A DNA stretch of 64,000 bases from Lachnospiraceae bacterium UBA3732. GTDB taxonomy: Bacteria > Bacillota > Clostridia > Lachnospirales > Lachnospiraceae. Every line of letters begins with the position of its first letter. The stretch's first letter is position 1. Shown piece by piece: positions 60,510 through 64,000 of this stretch. The translations under genes were made by a program, and so were the position numbers. The notes below the pieces were generated by a model, which saw only the letters and a program-made list of their open reading frames with translations, ran no database searches and was not told where the DNA came from. Location of the stretch: the NCBI GenBank assembly GCA_002372545.1, contig DFHD01000045.1:6169-70168 (forward strand). Reading direction: 5' to 3'.

Positions 60510-60659
60510 ATGGAAAAGGTTTATAAGCTTTTGAAATCTGCGGGAGCGGCCAATATCGTTCTGGGTATTCTGCTGATCATCTGCGGCATTGCCTTTGGCG
60601 TTCTGAATATCGTGACGGGCGGCAGGCTTCTGAAGAACCGCCGGAATATTCTGTTTTAA
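60510..60659 (+). CDS. 49-aa small membrane protein (not in the ORF track)
   Basis: RBS aggaaagga; MEKVYKLLKSAGAANIVLGILLIICGIAFGVLNIVTGGRLLKNRRNILF*; TAATG overlap with the next gene. Confidence 0.75.
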   Translation: MEKVYKLLKSAGAANIVLGILLIICGIAFGVLNIVTGGRLLKNRRNILF

Positions 60660-62767
60660 TGGGGGCTGGGGGGCAAAAGGATAAGGAGATACGGTGTACA
60701 TTATGTATGCCGTCTCTTTTTTTGGCATGTCTTTTTGTCCTGCTGGAGTGCATTCTGCATGTTCGCGGCTTCGGTCTTACAGGCCGCTATGTTTTGAATA
60801 AGGTCTTTTTTGCGGCGCTTTTCGGATATCTGGCCGGGGCGCTTATTTCTTTTCTGCCGGTACTGATCCGCCGGATCGTTGGGATATTCATATCCACTGT
60901 GGGTATTCTGCTGTATACGGCGCAGCTCATCTATTTCTCGGTTTTTTCCACCTATCTGTCATTATCCGGAACGGCTGGCGTTACGGGACAGGCGCTGGAT
61001 TATACGCATGTGATCTTTCAGGCTATGAAAAAGGAATGGCTCTCCATGATCCTTCTGGTCCTTATGATCGCGCTTTCCGTTCTGTTTTTTGTGAAATGGA
61101 TGCCGGCGGGACGCCCAGGGCTGAAGGGTTTTCTGATCCGTTTCGGTGCATATGTCCTGGCAGCCTTCGGTTTCTTTCTTTTCCTCCGGGGGCAGGGAAG
61201 AGGTATCGATACGCCTTATGATCTCTTCCGGAATTATAATTCGGTTGATCTTTCGGTGCAGAGACTGGGTATACTGGATTCCACCTTTTTGGATATCGTT
61301 ACGGGTATCCGTGCAGGCGGCGGAGGAAAGGTGACCCATACCGGCTTCTCCGGTGAAGAAAGGGTGGAAGTTCCTACGGCCACGGAACTGGAAAAGAATA
61401 CGGAGATCGAACAGCTGGAAAAGGATCTTCGAAAGGCCGGACTTCATACGGAGGAGCCTTCAACAGAAGAGGAAATCCCGGAGGTCAAGGTGTATGGACC
61501 CAATATTCTGGAAGATGTCGATCCGGCTAAGCTGGCCAGGACCGAGGAGGATGGCTCCATCCGTGATATCCATAACTACGTGGCGGGAGTGGCGCCTACG
61601 ATTCAAAATGAGTATACCGGTATGTTTTCCGGTTATAATCTGATCTTTATCACGGCAGAGGGCTTCGACGGACTCGTGATCGATCCGGAAAGAACGCCCA
61701 TGCTGTATAAAATGTCACATGAGGGCTTTTATTTTAAAAACTTTTATACACCTCTCTGGTATGGATCCACATCCGGAGGAGAATATGCCAATCTGACAGG
61801 GCTTATTCCCAGAAGCGGCGGCTATCTCAGCATGGCCAGAGTAGGCTTCAGAGAGAATTCCATGCCCTTCACACTGGGGAATCAGCTGGGGAAAATGGGG
61901 TATGCCGTCTATGGTTTTCATAACGGAACCTATGATTATTATGACCGGAATTATTCGCATCCGGTGATCGGCTATCATAACTGGATAGCCAGCGGAAGCG
62001 GGTTTACTGAGGAAAAAACGGAATATGGCTATTCCATCTGGCCGCAGTCGGATGCATATCTGGAATCCGAAACAATCGGGCTTTATGTGAATAAGGAGCC
62101 CTTTCATGCCTATTATATGACCATCAGCGGGCATCTTCCTTACAGCTGGGGCGGAAATGCCATGGCAGCCAGGCACAAATCCTTTACGGAAAATCTTCCC
62201 TACAGTGAGACCACCCGGGTTTATCTTTCCTGTCAGTATGAGGTGGAGCTGATGCTGGAGCGACTGTATCAGGATCTTAAGCGGGCCGGCGTACTGGACC
62301 GCACACTGATCGTACTTTCCTGCGATCATGTGCCGTATGACGATCTGGAAATTCTGGATGAACTGGCGGGGCATAAGCTGGAGAGGACCTTTGAGGTCTA
62401 TAAGAATACGCTGATCGTTTATTCGGCTTCCATGGAGTCGCCGGTTGTGGTGGATAAGTATTGTTCCAGCCCGGATATCCTTCCGACGATCTCCAATCTG
62501 ATGGGACTTCCTTACGATTCCCGGATGATGGCGGGGCAGGATATTCTTTCCAATTCTCCGGCGCTTGTGGTCTTCCAGGATCATAGTCTCATTACGGATG
62601 TCTGCCGGTATAATGCTTCTACCGGAGAAGTCACGGAAACTGCCGGGGTGAAGGTGTCGGATGATTATCTGGAGAGCATACGGACTATCGCGGCCAACAG
62701 GATCAGGCTTTCAGACAGCATCTGTGAATATGATTATTACCGGTATCTCGGCATCGATCCTGAGTAA
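60659..62767 (+). CDS. LTA synthase-family / sulfatase-fold membrane protein
   Basis: Five N-terminal TMs, NLIFITAEG, STSGGEY, TISGHLPY, DH, DILPTISNL. Confidence 0.88.
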   Translation: MGAGGQKDKEIRCTLCMPSLFLACLFVLLECILHVRGFGLTGRYVLNKVFFAALFGYLAGALISFLPVLIRRIVGIFISTVGILLYTAQLIYFSVFSTYLSLSGTAGVTGQALDYTHVIFQAMKKEWLSMILLVLMIALSVLFFVKWMPAGRPGLKGFLIRFGAYVLAAFGFFLFLRGQGRGIDTPYDLFRNYNSVDLSVQRLGILDSTFLDIVTGIRAGGGGKVTHTGFSGEERVEVPTATELEKNTEIEQLEKDLRKAGLHTEEPSTEEEIPEVKVYGPNILEDVDPAKLARTEEDGSIRDIHNYVAGVAPTIQNEYTGMFSGYNLIFITAEGFDGLVIDPERTPMLYKMSHEGFYFKNFYTPLWYGSTSGGEYANLTGLIPRSGGYLSMARVGFRENSMPFTLGNQLGKMGYAVYGFHNGTYDYYDRNYSHPVIGYHNWIASGSGFTEEKTEYGYSIWPQSDAYLESETIGLYVNKEPFHAYYMTISGHLPYSWGGNAMAARHKSFTENLPYSETTRVYLSCQYEVELMLERLYQDLKRAGVLDRTLIVLSCDHVPYDDLEILDELAGHKLERTFEVYKNTLIVYSASMESPVVVDKYCSSPDILPTISNLMGLPYDSRMMAGQDILSNSPALVVFQDHSLITDVCRYNASTGEVTETAGVKVSDDYLESIRTIAANRIRLSDSICEYDYYRYLGIDPE

Positions 62768-62844
62768 CCCGGGACTTTCCGGGTGTTTCGAAGCAGACCG
62801 GTTATCCTGAAGCTGATAATCGTATTACCTTTCGAATACTTTTG

Positions 62845-62896
62845 AAGTATATTATGAAAGTACATTATGAAAGTATATTATGAAAGTAAATTATGA
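62845..62896. repeat. 13-bp tandem repeat x4 (aagtaNattatga)
   Basis: Units at 62845, 62858, 62871 and 62884. Confidence 0.88.
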
Positions 62897-63191
62897 ACAG
62901 AATCCCCCGCAGTCTCCGGCTGCATGCTTCGAAAACTCACCATCGATTTTCTAAAATGCTCCAGAAACCTTCTGCAGGATGCGGCCGCTCGGCTCTAACT
63001 CGGCGCATGCCTTTTATTCCCTGCTCCTCCTTGAACAGTCGGAGCAAGGAAGGAAGGCATGCTTCCTTCGAACAAACCCGCTCGCGGGCATCCTTGCGAA
63101 GCTTTCTGTTCCATTTTTACGAAAATCGGGTGATTGTTTTCTCATCATGCAGCCGGAGGCTGCGGGGGGGTATTATAAGCTTTCTTCATAA
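62891..63191. repeat. Long imperfect hairpin element, copy B (structured repeat / candidate ncRNA)
   Basis: cccccgcagtctccggctgcatg...catgcagccggaggctgcggggg outer stem; core homologous to copy A. Confidence 0.87.
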
Positions 63192-63240
63192 GGACTTTAT
63201 ATGCATTTCAAACACAATACAAATGCGTTTAAGATGCATT

Positions 63241-63999
63241 TCAATCTACGATCCGGACCTTCCTGGTTTCTTCCGGAACCGCAGTCTCATTACGCAGCAT
63301 GGCGTAGAGCATAGAAGCAAAGCAGTCGGTTTCCCAGAGCGCCTTCATCAGACCCTCCGGCCGGAAATCGGCTTTTTTATTGATGATATTTACATTTGCA
63401 TTTGCAAGAAGCTCCTTCAGCTCTCCTGATGAAGACCTGGAGAGAGCGAGAAGGTTAAGGTAGGAGGCACCGGACTGCCTCAGCCGTACCATGACATCCT
63501 CGCGGATATTCAGCAGAAGATGGATCAGGGCGCGGCAGATTCGCGTACGCGTCTCATTCTTCTCCTTTAAGGCATCTATGAGAGCCTCATAGGAAAGAGG
63601 CAGTCGGAGCTTTTTCACCCGCTGAAGCAGGGACTCGGAAAAGTCGGAAACGGACGGATCCAAGAATCCGCTCTGCATGCGAAGCAGAAGATAGTTCAGC
63701 GTACCGGCAAGCCTTTCCTCCGGGTGCAGCAAAAATGTCTTTTTTTGATAATAATCATGAAGGCATTCGGGAACGAAAGAAGAGATATCCATGCCTTCGG
63801 AAAGCAGTTCCCGGATACCGCTGGCAGAAAGCACATTTTCCTTCGGAAGATGGGAATGATAGCCGTGATCGCTGCGGAGAACGGGAAGAGGCCGGATCTC
63901 AGGCGCAAAAAGATAAATGGCCCGTAAATACTCCAGAGCCAGAATATGATTCGGCTGGCGCAGAAGTCTGCTGACCTGTTCCTCCCTGCCCGGAAAAAA
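63241..63999 (-). CDS. tmcAL: tRNA(Met) cytidine acetate ligase / YlbM nucleotidyltransferase, 5' truncated
   Basis: The frame stays open to the window end (QPNHILALEYLRA...SASGIR...TRTRICRALIHLLL). Confidence 0.82.
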   Translation of the reverse strand, partial: FFPGREEQVSRLLRQPNHILALEYLRAIYLFAPEIRPLPVLRSDHGYHSHLPKENVLSASGIRELLSEGMDISSFVPECLHDYYQKKTFLLHPEERLAGTLNYLLLRMQSGFLDPSVSDFSESLLQRVKKLRLPLSYEALIDALKEKNETRTRICRALIHLLLNIREDVMVRLRQSGASYLNLLALSRSSSGELKELLANANVNIINKKADFRPEGLMKALWETDCFASMLYAMLRNETAVPEETRKVRIVD

Positions 64000-64000
64000 G

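Noticed and set aside
62891-63191. Identification of the hairpin as SRP RNA, 6S RNA, tmRNA or a known ribozyme
   Set aside because: By eye I found no SRP domain IV consensus, tRNA-like ends, or hammerhead/twister/pistol core, and it is longer than typical 6S. An Rfam search is still needed.
62893-63429. 178-aa and 70-aa + strand ORFs
   Set aside because: They overlap hairpin element B and run antisense into tmcAL, with no protein motifs.

Overview
A 64 kb, mostly + strand chromosomal segment from a Bacillota (Clostridia) bacterium, most likely Lachnospiraceae-like, judged from gene content and order such as hprK-glk-murB-rapZ-whiA-HPr. It carries housekeeping genes (leuS, cdd, uvrC, an FMN-riboswitch rib operon, murF, hisC, cspA, rarA, a PcrA/UvrD-like helicase, coaBC, pyrE, partial tmcAL), two ABC exporter systems and several orphan genes. 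I found no transposase, integrase, phage gene, rRNA, tRNA or CRISPR array. The most striking non-coding feature is a pair of ~290-300 nt rod-like hairpin elements (22319-22611 and 62891-63191). They share a ~185 nt core with at least 8 compensatory base-pair changes and conserved internal loops, which suggests an unannotated structured RNA or ssDNA repeat family. One copy lies between the FMN riboswitch terminator and ribD. Other points of interest are a 1426-aa beta-propeller hybrid sensor kinase lacking both phospho-acceptor histidines, a membrane-anchored Swt1-like HEPN protein, a 693-aa orphan with a possibly inactivated HEPN-like tail, a Sel1-repeat orphan, an HPr with Glu15, and many short local tandem duplications. 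All calls come from reading motifs by eye; no database searches were run.
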